Of a DNA stretch of 64,000 bases, positions 7,987 to 17,056 are shown in pieces (position 1 is the stretch's first letter; every line of letters starts with the position of its first letter). The notes below the pieces were generated by a model. It saw nothing but the letters and a program-made list of their open reading frames with translations, did not search any database and had not been told where the DNA came from. Position numbers and translations under genes: made by a program. The DNA is from Flavobacteriales bacterium (GTDB lineage Bacteria; Bacteroidota; Bacteroidia; Flavobacteriales; BACL11): positions 500,197 through 564,196 of the forward strand of contig OZ238992.1 in NCBI GenBank assembly GCA_965183885.1, written 5' to 3'.

Positions 7987-9179
7987 AATACCTGTTCAAC
8001 TTCATTAACAATAATTTTTACTGATTCATTAGCATTTGGCTGAAAAAAATGAGCTATACTTATATTTTCTTTTTCTTTAGTTGAGAAAATATGTTCCAAC
8101 AGCTGATCCGTACTAAATGCCTTAATAAATAAATCATTATTAATAAAACTATTTTTAAACCTCCAATATTGATTATCTAAAAACAAGAATATTACTTTTT
8201 TCCCTATAGACATTGCCTCCAAAAGCACAGTAGAATTAACGCCAATAACAATGTCCTTTTCTTTTATCGATTTGTAAACATCAACTGATTTATCCTCCAG
8301 TGTAACCCAATTAAGATCAGGGACATAACTATAGTTTTTAATATCATCCCTAGGATGGATTCTAATTGTCAAGTGAATATCTGACACCTGTTCCTTAGCT
8401 AGCTTCTCTAACAAGATTTTTATTGTTTTATGCTGCAATCTATCATTCTCAAACTCATTATGCCATATATAACCTTGCGTGACATATAAGAGCTGTTTTT
8501 TATTACTCTTAACAGCCTCCACTTTATTTAAGAACCTGTACCTAGGCATACCACTTTTTACAAGCTTAACCTTTCGTATTATTTGCTTATTAATATGCGA
8601 AGCAACATAATCACTTATAACAAATATCTTTGACAATCTACTACAACCTACATCACTAGGTAATAAATAATTATACGGCAAAAAAGCAAATATTTTATTT
8701 AACCCCTTTTTAAAGATTCTTCTAAAATAATCTTTAACATCAAACATCTTATTCTCAGAATGTCTTATAACATCCTTTAGTGAGAATGAATAATCTGATA
8801 TTATTCCATCTAATATAAGTAAATGACTCTTATCTTTAAATTTATCAATAATAACTCTTTGCAAAGCCCCATCATTACCATAAATAAAAGCGTCAAAAGT
8901 ATTAAGGTTGTAATCTTTTATCACATCCTTAAATTGCATTAAGAATTTTATTTTCTCAACAAATGACAAATAAGCAAAAGCAGTCTTTAAACTCAAAGAA
9001 AGCTTTATAACATCAAACTTAAAGTCACTTTCATAAATATATTGATTATAAACCTCTGAAGTATCAAAAAAGAACACTTTATACCCTTTTAAAGACAATT
9101 GCTCCGCAACAGGTATCATATTATCAATATGAGTTTTATTTTGTGGGAAGAATAGAATCTTCTTGTTCCTTTTTTGCAT
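7983..9179 (-). CDS. GT-B-like transferase with an HP motif (TagF-type glycerophosphotransferase-like or bacterial sialyl/NulO-transferase-like)
   Basis: KKILFFPQN..H...MIPVAEQL at the N-terminus; LLYVTQGYIWHNE; LTIRIHPRDD; DIVIGVNSTVLLEAMSIGKKVIFL. The specific family cannot be resolved by eye. Confidence 0.4.
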   Translation of the reverse strand: MQKRNKKILFFPQNKTHIDNMIPVAEQLSLKGYKVFFFDTSEVYNQYIYESDFKFDVIKLSLSLKTAFAYLSFVEKIKFLMQFKDVIKDYNLNTFDAFIYGNDGALQRVIIDKFKDKSHLLILDGIISDYSFSLKDVIRHSENKMFDVKDYFRRIFKKGLNKIFAFLPYNYLLPSDVGCSRLSKIFVISDYVASHINKQIIRKVKLVKSGMPRYRFLNKVEAVKSNKKQLLYVTQGYIWHNEFENDRLQHKTIKILLEKLAKEQVSDIHLTIRIHPRDDIKNYSYVPDLNWVTLEDKSVDVYKSIKEKDIVIGVNSTVLLEAMSIGKKVIFLFLDNQYWRFKNSFINNDLFIKAFSTDQLLEHIFSTKEKENISIAHFFQPNANESVKIIVNEVEQVL

Positions 9180-10353
9180 AAAAATAAGATAACATTATAA
9201 ATATTAATAATTCCGATTGGTAAAAATAGTGCGCATTTTCTAAAAAACCAATAACCTCTATCCCAAAAAATAAAACAAACACTAACTTCACTATTTTTTG
9301 ATCCCTCAATGAGCTTCTTAAAATAGTCATAGTGACTTTATATTGATAGTATAGATATAGTATTAATCCCAAAATACCACCTTCAACCAACATTAACAAG
9401 TAATCATTATGCGCAGCTACACCACTTTCTCCAGTAGCATGAAAAAAGAATTCATTAAACCCTCCTAAACCAATACCAATTAAGAAATCTGAAACACTTA
9501 AATTAATAATCGATTGCTGAATAATAAACACCCTATACATAGAAGAAGCATCTAGTTCGCTTACTAAAAATAATTCTTTCATTCTTGGCAGAAGATCAGT
9601 ATAAAGCACAACTAAAACAAATAACACTCCAAATAGAAGACTAAAAACTAAATAAGATATCTTTACTAATAAACGCTTATTTAAATAAAAGTTAATAAAT
9701 AAATTTGCAAGAAATAATGCAATTAAGAGCAATCTAGAATGAGATAGAATGAAAATCCAGAATAATAAAATAAGCATTATAAACCTTAATAAGTTAAGTT
9801 TATTAAATGACACGTATTGCAAGTAGGTAATAAGAACAAAAGCAGATAAGGCAAAACCTAAATGATGGTCCGTAAAATTTCCTGCAACCCTATAGGCTCC
9901 ATTTACAAACCTTACACTTCCTGAAAGCAACTCATAGAATCCTGAAAACACAATAATAGATGACAACACCATTACCACTAAGGATACAGATGAAAGCTTT
10001 ATGTTATTACTTTTAAAACCTAAATAGAAAATGGTAAATGTTGTAATATATAATAAATATCTACTAAAGGTAGGTAGCCACTCAACCGGAGAATTTAATA
10101 AGATGGAAACAATGGACTGTAGCATAAAAATTAACCCCACAATTTTAAAAGTGCTTGACCAACTCATTCTTTGATGCATTACCGCATATAATATTACTAT
10201 AAATATCATATTAACTATTAACAAAGAAAAATAAACTGTAAAATTAATTATTCGTTCCTCAACAGCTATTAAATCAGCAAAAGGGTAAGCAAAAAAACTT
10301 AACACCCATATAATAGAGAAAAAATAAAAATGAACTTTATGTAAGCTTTTCAT
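9136..10353 (-). CDS. wzy: O-antigen polymerase/ligase-family membrane protein (Wzy-like)
   Basis: About 10-12 TM segments. A periplasmic-loop motif HATGESGVAAHNDYLLMLVEGGILG is typical of the Wzy_C/O-antigen ligase family. Confidence 0.65.
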   Translation of the reverse strand: MKSLHKVHFYFFSIIWVLSFFAYPFADLIAVEERIINFTVYFSLLIVNMIFIVILYAVMHQRMSWSSTFKIVGLIFMLQSIVSILLNSPVEWLPTFSRYLLYITTFTIFYLGFKSNNIKLSSVSLVVMVLSSIIVFSGFYELLSGSVRFVNGAYRVAGNFTDHHLGFALSAFVLITYLQYVSFNKLNLLRFIMLILLFWIFILSHSRLLLIALFLANLFINFYLNKRLLVKISYLVFSLLFGVLFVLVVLYTDLLPRMKELFLVSELDASSMYRVFIIQQSIINLSVSDFLIGIGLGGFNEFFFHATGESGVAAHNDYLLMLVEGGILGLILYLYYQYKVTMTILRSSLRDQKIVKLVFVLFFGIEVIGFLENAHYFYQSELLIFIMLSYFYAKKEQEDSILPTK

Positions 10354-11593
10354 ATAAAAGAGTCCAGGGCATTTTATAGTACTTATTTTGATACCAGAAT
10401 ACCATCACAGCACTAACTGAAAATGATAATACTGTAGCATATGCAGCTCCAATAGCACCATACCAATTAATAAAAATATAATTAAATAGTAAATTTAAAA
10501 TTGCTGCAACAAAAGTACTAATTCCTAAAAAGGAGGTTTTATTTAAGTGCACTAAATAAGGAAATAATATTTTATACACTCCATGTACTGCATATCCAAT
10601 TGCAATCCAGAACACATATATTTCTGCTCCTTCATACCTTACATTTACAACATAAGGAATAATTAATTTTGCAATTACCGAGATCAAAAAAGCTATTAAG
10701 AATATTGCTATAATATATAAGTAACTATATTTTACAATACGCTTTTTCTTTTTTGCATCTGGGTCAGATAACATCCTATAAAACCAAGGTGACCATGCCT
10801 TTATAAAGGCATCCGTAAACAATACCACTACCATCCCAAACATATACCCAACAGAATAAATTCCAACCATTTCTAAACTTATCATTCTTTCAATAAAAAA
10901 ACGATCACTTAAACCAATAATAATACCCCCAACAACATGAGGAATTAAAGGGATAGATAAATTAAGTACTTTCCTAAGCTCTACTTTATCAAACTTAAAT
11001 GTTACATACCCATTCCTATGCATATAAGCTAATGATATAAAAAAGAAAAGTGTATAAGCTGTAAGAATTCCTAAAGCCTGAGAGTACCAACCATAATTAT
11101 AAAATAATAACAATACTATAGTAACCCCCATATTCACAGCAGTATTTACCACCTCAAATGCTCCAAAAAGCAACGCTTTCTCTTCATTCCTCAATAGTGT
11201 TAAGTTAAGTGTATTTACCATAAACATAAAACTTATTACAGGAATAACCATTACCCAATTTGAGGGCACTGAAAACAAATTATCATACCATAGCGATGTA
11301 AGAAAAGTTATCCCTAAAGCTAAAGAAGCTGTTATAGTAAGAATGAATAATATATTAGCAATTAAAACAGAAAGCTGCTTTTTAGTATAATTGAAAAAAT
11401 TCTTAGAGATATTAGTATGCATAGCCATACCAATAAATGCTGAGTAAAAAGCAATCATCAACTGGAAAATCGCTAATACTCCATATTCTTCAGGAGATAG
11501 ATATTCAGTTAGCAATGGCAATAACAAAAAAGGTATTGCCTTATTTAGAACACTACTCCCTAAGTATATAATTGAACTTTTAATTAGTTGCAA
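10337..11593 (-). CDS. wzx: Oligosaccharide flippase (Wzx, MOP superfamily)
   Basis: The N-terminus reads SSIIYLGSSVLNKAIPFLLLPLLTEYLSPEEYGVLAIFQ. There are about 12 TM segments, and the gene sits in a polysaccharide-locus context. Confidence 0.7.
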   Translation of the reverse strand: MQLIKSSIIYLGSSVLNKAIPFLLLPLLTEYLSPEEYGVLAIFQLMIAFYSAFIGMAMHTNISKNFFNYTKKQLSVLIANILFILTITASLALGITFLTSLWYDNLFSVPSNWVMVIPVISFMFMVNTLNLTLLRNEEKALLFGAFEVVNTAVNMGVTIVLLLFYNYGWYSQALGILTAYTLFFFISLAYMHRNGYVTFKFDKVELRKVLNLSIPLIPHVVGGIIIGLSDRFFIERMISLEMVGIYSVGYMFGMVVVLFTDAFIKAWSPWFYRMLSDPDAKKKKRIVKYSYLYIIAIFLIAFLISVIAKLIIPYVVNVRYEGAEIYVFWIAIGYAVHGVYKILFPYLVHLNKTSFLGISTFVAAILNLLFNYIFINWYGAIGAAYATVLSFSVSAVMVFWYQNKYYKMPWTLLYEKLT

Positions 11594-12233
11594 TCTTCTT
11601 CAATTTATTTAGCGTTTCTATTGTAATTTCATTTTGAAAAAAAGAAATATTTTCTTTAATAAATTTCTTATCCCAATTCCACCACTCCATTGCCAATAAC
11701 TCTTTTATTAGCTCTTCCGAGAACCTATATTTTATTAGTTTAGCAGGAACTCCCCCCACGATTGCATAATCAGGAACATCTTTTGTAACTACTGACCCTG
11801 CACCTATTATAGCGCCATTCCCAATAGTAACACCAGGCATTATCACACTATTAGCACCTATCCAAACATCATTTTTTATTACAACCTTATTATAAGTTTG
11901 TTTACGCTTAGTCACAAAATTTCCTACATAAGGAACATAAGGAAAAGCACTTATTGACAAATTTTTATAAGGATGACTAATTGCATTAATTGTTACATCC
12001 CATGAAATTGCACAATATTTACCAATAACACTATTTGTGATTTTGGTATACCTACCAATAGAAGTAAGCCTTCCAATAACTGTTTGTTTAACATCAGCAA
12101 AAGGAGCTACCATTACTTCACTATTAAAGGTAGAGCCATCAATAATTGATTTTAATGATATTGATCCATAATCCTTAATGTTATTTGACCTAAATTTTAA
12201 TCTTAGTAAAATATGTTTAATAAGTTGTTTCAT
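11580..12233 (-). CDS. Hexapeptide-repeat (left-handed beta-helix) O-acetyltransferase, CatB/Vat-like
   Basis: VWIGANSVIMPGVTIGNGAIIGAGSVVTKDVPDYAIVGGVPAKLIKYRF, followed by a WWNW tail. Confidence 0.75.
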   Translation of the reverse strand: MKQLIKHILLRLKFRSNNIKDYGSISLKSIIDGSTFNSEVMVAPFADVKQTVIGRLTSIGRYTKITNSVIGKYCAISWDVTINAISHPYKNLSISAFPYVPYVGNFVTKRKQTYNKVVIKNDVWIGANSVIMPGVTIGNGAIIGAGSVVTKDVPDYAIVGGVPAKLIKYRFSEELIKELLAMEWWNWDKKFIKENISFFQNEITIETLNKLKKIATN

Positions 12234-12237
12234 AACA

Positions 12238-13380
12238 CTATGGCAATTGGGCTATAAACTCTTTCATTATACTAAAGTGTCTATCAATTTCTATTCTAGT
12301 CTGTTTAATCTTTACTCCATTGTTTAATTCATAACCAACAATATTTCTAAAATCATTTTTCAAATCCCAAAGCGGAGCAGTATCATCTATTATAATATCT
12401 AGTTTCCTTAGTGCTTTTAATAATAACGATGAGTTTACTTTATCTACAGACTCTAAAATAACACCTCCAATTACTTTTTCTAAAGCTTTTCCTCTACCAT
12501 CCTCACTAACTAATACTGTTGGCTTTGACATACTACTCATATATATATGAGCATGCACCCTATAACCGACATGTAAATCAACTGTATTATAATAATTCAT
12601 TAAATTCTCAGCACTACCTGAGATATCCACCCAATTAAAACTATTAGATTCTAACCAATTTAAGAATTTAAGTTGAGCATTATGAAATTGCTTATTTGCT
12701 CCTGGGGCATTTAAGTATTTATCTGATGGGGAATGATGAAAAACAGTTTCAACCTCTGCCTCTGGAAATAACTTTTTAGTTTCTAAGAATAGCTCCTTCA
12801 TCTGCTTTAACATTCCTTTTGAAGATAGAATTGCAGCCCCTAATGAAAAGCCTACTTTCTTTATATTAGCTGGAACCTTAACTTCTTTACCTAAATAATT
12901 TATATCATATAAAGCAGGGCACCCCGTCATCCTAAAATTAGTTAAACCTAAAGTATTTAGCACATTTTTAGTATGATAATCTCTAACACTTGAATAGTAT
13001 GGAGCATCATTAATTCTTGTTAACAGCTCTATACTTTTAGCGTCTAAATTATAGTCATGTGTATTTTTCCAGTCTCCTTGTTTTGAATACCAACCTACCC
13101 CCATAGCAAGTATTGGAACTTTTATATCATCCAAATTTGGCGTTAATCTATATACCCTAGGATACATCTTATTTTGAACAGCTGGCCCACCTAATAAAAT
13201 TAACGCTTTAGACTCATTAATTATTTTCAAGCTATTCTCACTTAGTTCTTCCCAAGCGTCAATATCCACAAGGTTAACTTCTGGCTTTAACTCTTTAAAT
13301 AACTGCTTTGCTCGATACTTTATTAAGTAATCTCCAGCATTATTTTTGCTTCCTGTTAATAATACATATTGATCTTTCAT
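12238..13380 (-). CDS. Polysaccharide pyruvyl-transferase-family protein
   Basis: The N-terminus LLTGSKNNAGDYLI, a later GYRVHAHI block, and the size all fit the PS_pyruv_trans architecture. Confidence 0.5.
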   Translation of the reverse strand: MKDQYVLLTGSKNNAGDYLIKYRAKQLFKELKPEVNLVDIDAWEELSENSLKIINESKALILLGGPAVQNKMYPRVYRLTPNLDDIKVPILAMGVGWYSKQGDWKNTHDYNLDAKSIELLTRINDAPYYSSVRDYHTKNVLNTLGLTNFRMTGCPALYDINYLGKEVKVPANIKKVGFSLGAAILSSKGMLKQMKELFLETKKLFPEAEVETVFHHSPSDKYLNAPGANKQFHNAQLKFLNWLESNSFNWVDISGSAENLMNYYNTVDLHVGYRVHAHIYMSSMSKPTVLVSEDGRGKALEKVIGGVILESVDKVNSSLLLKALRKLDIIIDDTAPLWDLKNDFRNIVGYELNNGVKIKQTRIEIDRHFSIMKEFIAQLP

Positions 13381-14435
13381 TAGAATAATTCTTTTGTAAT
13401 TATATCATCTTCAGTTACATCAACTTTTACTTCCTTACCAATAATATCGTCAATATATTTTGGACTAATTCCATGTGCAGGACGCTTAAAAGTTAAATCT
13501 TCTCTCTCTACCAGCTTACCTTTAGAAATATCTCTTGCAGCAACCAAGCTTCTTCTTGCATTTTCTCTTGCTTTATCTTCATCAGCTAAAGCCTCAACTT
13601 TAAAGCTTCCTAATACCTCAAAAGCTCTTTCTATATTCTTATTAAATACTAATAAATCTTCTTTATCCATTGCATGATAATGATCATTCCCTTCTAGTGT
13701 TTTATCATGGGTAAAATGCTTTTCAATAATTGTTGCACCTAATAAAACCGCTATCTCGCAAGTCTTCATGTCTTTTGGCAAGGTATGATCAGAATATCCA
13801 ATCAAATTATTTGGAAAAGCCTCTTTAAGACCTAAAATCATACCCAAATTAGCATTTTCATCTGGAGTAGGATAATTTAAGACACAATGCAATAGTGCTA
13901 GCGGGTTCTTAAATGGCTTTATCCAATTTACAGCATCTTGCACCTCACTAAGACTACTAGCGCCAGTAGAAAGGATAATTGGCTTCCCAAAGCTGCATAT
14001 AAACTCTATAAAAGGTTTATTTGTAATGTCCGATGATGATATCTTATAAACGTCCATCATTTTATCTAGGAAAGTTGCAGATTCTATATCAAAAGGGGTA
14101 CTCATAAACTCAATACCTACCTCATCACAATAATCTTTTAACTCTTGCATTTCTTTTTCCCAAAAGCCATCATGTTTTTTAAACAACTCAAATTGTGATT
14201 GTGTAGTTTCCTTTGTAGTGTCCCAATAGGCTGGAGAATGTTTAGACGCTAAAGTTTCAGCCTTATAGGACTGAAATTTTACAGCATGCGCACCTCCTGC
14301 TTTTGCCTGATCTACTAACTCTTTTGCAGTTTTCATTGAACCCTCATGATTCACTCCAACTTCTGCAATAATATATGGCAAACTTAAAGTACTACCACTA
14401 ACTACTTCTTTATTAATAACATCTAATATATTCAT
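13380..14435 (-). CDS. Nonulosonic acid synthase (NeuB/PseI/LegI family) with a C-terminal SAF domain
   Basis: IIAEVGVNHEGSMKTAKELVDQAKAGGAHAVKFQ...; a C-terminal RRSLVAARDISKGKLVEREDLTFKRP SAF-like segment. Confidence 0.85.
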   Translation of the reverse strand: MNILDVINKEVVSGSTLSLPYIIAEVGVNHEGSMKTAKELVDQAKAGGAHAVKFQSYKAETLASKHSPAYWDTTKETTQSQFELFKKHDGFWEKEMQELKDYCDEVGIEFMSTPFDIESATFLDKMMDVYKISSSDITNKPFIEFICSFGKPIILSTGASSLSEVQDAVNWIKPFKNPLALLHCVLNYPTPDENANLGMILGLKEAFPNNLIGYSDHTLPKDMKTCEIAVLLGATIIEKHFTHDKTLEGNDHYHAMDKEDLLVFNKNIERAFEVLGSFKVEALADEDKARENARRSLVAARDISKGKLVEREDLTFKRPAHGISPKYIDDIIGKEVKVDVTEDDIITKELF

Positions 14436-16060
14436 ATCGATTCTATTACTTCGTTTATTATTTTATTAACTTTCCTTCTTCCTGACTTTAACTGTTGCTG
14501 TTGCATTAAGCCACTCATACTTTCTCGCTTTTCTTTTGATGCTACTAAACACTGGAACTCATCATATAAAACTTCATCCGAAAGCTCATAACCAAGCCCT
14601 AAATTTAAAAAACCATACTTAGCAGATGCAAAAAAATGTGTCATCTCTCTTTCATTCTGACCCAAAACTATTGCCGGGGTTCCTATACTAGCAACTTCAT
14701 AAATTGTTCTTCCTGCCGAAGTAAATATTAAATCTGCAGATAACATGTAATCTGATATATTTGACACATTAGTCATTACCTTTACATTTTCAAAAGAATG
14801 TAGCGATTCATATTTAGCATATCCAAAACCAGCTATTACTACAATTTCAATATTATTCTTAATACAGAAATCATTTATTGTTTCAATAACTTTTAACGTA
14901 TAATTATTTGGATCTACGCCACCAAAAGTAATAAGAATCTGCTTAACATCATCTTTTATTTTTTTTGTCTCTGAAAGCATAAACTCATCCCTAAGAATAA
15001 AATAGTCTTGCCCAAAGTAATGCGCATCTAATACCTCTTTTTCAGGATATATAGCATTTATCACTACATCAGCAACTTTACCTCCCTCTCCTAAGTCTTC
15101 AAAGTTAATAACCTTACAACCTTTATCTTTTAAAGTATTAATATATATCAGGTCAGTATCTAACCTATCATTAATTACAATATCAGGAGCATATACCATA
15201 ATATCATCAATAATAGATTCACTTTCTTGAATATGTACAGGATAATTTTTTTCCTTAATTACATCATAAGCCAACTTACTGTCTTCATCAACTAAAAATG
15301 AAACTTGATGGTTTAGAATATCATTTGCTACCAATAGTGTGTTATAAACATGCCCCAGACCAACAGTACTATTTCCTGTAATTACAAATAATATATGTTT
15401 CCTTTTTAAATAATACTCACATAAATTCCAATCCTCATAAGTATCAATATCAATATCCTCTCCCATAGAGAGCAAGCTAAGCTCTACTTTTTCTCCTATT
15501 CTATTATGCTCAGATATTATAGTATTTCTGGTAATTAAAAATGCTCCTGTTTCAGTAAACGAAGGTGTTAAGTACTGTCTATTTAAGCGCTCAGTATAAT
15601 TAGGAATAAACTTTCCCTCTTCTTTTCTCCATGAAAGATGTGTTGCATCTTTTGCTGCAATAATTGTATCAATAGAATTATCTTCAAGCATCAAACTTAT
15701 TGATTTATCTAATGAGCCAGGACTAAGCAAAGGAGAGGTTGGCTGCATAGTAACTATCAAATCATAATCTTTAGCTTCAACCTCTTTACAATGCAGATAA
15801 CAATCGTATATAACAGGGTCAAGTGTAGATTTATCATCTGCTATTTGTGTAGGCCTCCTATGTGTTTTTGCTCCTAGCTTTACAGCTGTATTTAATATTT
15901 CATCATCTTCACTACTAACATAAACATCCAAATTATATTTTGAATTGATTGCATTATTGATTGTATAGTACAATAATGGCTTCCCATTCAACATCCTAAG
16001 ATTTTTTCTTGGAATTCCTTTTGACCCTCCTCTTGCAGGTATTACAACTAAAATATTCAT
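14432..16060 (-). CDS. Fusion protein: CMP-nonulosonate cytidylyltransferase (NeuA/PseF/SpsF-like) plus a PseG/SpsG-like UDP-sugar hydrolase/GT28-C-like domain
   Basis: N-terminus: ILVVIPARGGSKGIPRKNL...MQPTSPLL. C-terminal half: ILFVITGNSTVGLGHVYNTL...ITFGGVDPNN...ADLIFTSAGRTIYEVASIGTPAIVLGQNERE. Confidence 0.75.
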   Translation of the reverse strand: MNILVVIPARGGSKGIPRKNLRMLNGKPLLYYTINNAINSKYNLDVYVSSEDDEILNTAVKLGAKTHRRPTQIADDKSTLDPVIYDCYLHCKEVEAKDYDLIVTMQPTSPLLSPGSLDKSISLMLEDNSIDTIIAAKDATHLSWRKEEGKFIPNYTERLNRQYLTPSFTETGAFLITRNTIISEHNRIGEKVELSLLSMGEDIDIDTYEDWNLCEYYLKRKHILFVITGNSTVGLGHVYNTLLVANDILNHQVSFLVDEDSKLAYDVIKEKNYPVHIQESESIIDDIMVYAPDIVINDRLDTDLIYINTLKDKGCKVINFEDLGEGGKVADVVINAIYPEKEVLDAHYFGQDYFILRDEFMLSETKKIKDDVKQILITFGGVDPNNYTLKVIETINDFCIKNNIEIVVIAGFGYAKYESLHSFENVKVMTNVSNISDYMLSADLIFTSAGRTIYEVASIGTPAIVLGQNEREMTHFFASAKYGFLNLGLGYELSDEVLYDEFQCLVASKEKRESMSGLMQQQQLKSGRRKVNKIINEVIESI

Positions 16061-16062
16061 GT

Positions 16063-17037
16063 TTATTTTAAATCAATCAATTCATTAAACTCAATCTCCA
16101 ACTCTGTTTCTTTATTCTCAAAAAAACTATATAACTTATTAAAGATTGGTAACTTCTCATTTACCTCTTCATCCACCAAGCTATGAAACATATCTATAGC
16201 TCTTAAACCTTCTAATATAACAGAGTTTGATTTATAATCTGCACTAAAAAACCCTTTTCCGATAAGTAAACCTAAAGTTCTATTTCTACTTAAATCATTT
16301 AAAGAAGTCATACATAAATCTCCAAAACCACAAGCTAAAAACAATGTATCATCAGAACCTCCCATAGCTCTTAGTAAGACTCTTACTTCAGAAAAAGCCT
16401 TAGTTAAAATCATAAATCTCGTATTAGGTGAATTGTACTTAGCATCAACAACTCCTAAAACTAAAGCGTAAATATTTTTAAGTACACTTAACATTTCTAC
16501 TCCTCTAATATCAGTAGTACAATCAATATGTAATGAAGTATCTTTTATAACCTGATTAATCTGATTATATTGATTATCTGAAGAATACCCAAGTGTAAGT
16601 AAGGTAGCTGCATGTTCCATAACCTCAACTGCAAATGAAGGCCCTTTTAAAGTAACGACATTATCTGTTCCTAAGGCTTTTTTTACACTATCAACAATTG
16701 TAATACCTTCTGCATACAAACCTTTTGAAAGGTTAACAAAAAGTACTCCTTCAGAAAAATAAGATTTTAATTTTATAAGATTCTCAATAATTACTGATGA
16801 TGGCAATGCAATAAAAATTATGTCAACCTTAGATATAGCATTAAGATCATTGCTTGCTTTTAAATATTTAGAAAGATGCTTATTAGGAAAACAAGACCTG
16901 TTTGTATTCAAGGTATTAATCTCTTCAACTTTTTCCTGATTTCTTGAAAAAAGCACTACATTATTTTCAGTATTTACTGAGAGTTCATTTGCTATTGCAG
17001 TACCAAAAGTACCAGCTCCTAAGACTAAGATATTCAT
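16063..17037 (-). CDS. NAD(P)H-dependent glycerol-3-phosphate dehydrogenase family protein (GpsA-like)
   Basis: MNILVLGAGTFGTAIANEL Rossmann start; a LSRNRTLGLLIGKG motif matching the GpsA SRN..G..LG.G signature; 324 aa. Confidence 0.7.
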   Translation of the reverse strand: MNILVLGAGTFGTAIANELSVNTENNVVLFSRNQEKVEEINTLNTNRSCFPNKHLSKYLKASNDLNAISKVDIIFIALPSSVIIENLIKLKSYFSEGVLFVNLSKGLYAEGITIVDSVKKALGTDNVVTLKGPSFAVEVMEHAATLLTLGYSSDNQYNQINQVIKDTSLHIDCTTDIRGVEMLSVLKNIYALVLGVVDAKYNSPNTRFMILTKAFSEVRVLLRAMGGSDDTLFLACGFGDLCMTSLNDLSRNRTLGLLIGKGFFSADYKSNSVILEGLRAIDMFHSLVDEEVNEKLPIFNKLYSFFENKETELEIEFNELIDLK

Positions 17038-17056
17038 TCTGCAAATCTAGCAACTA

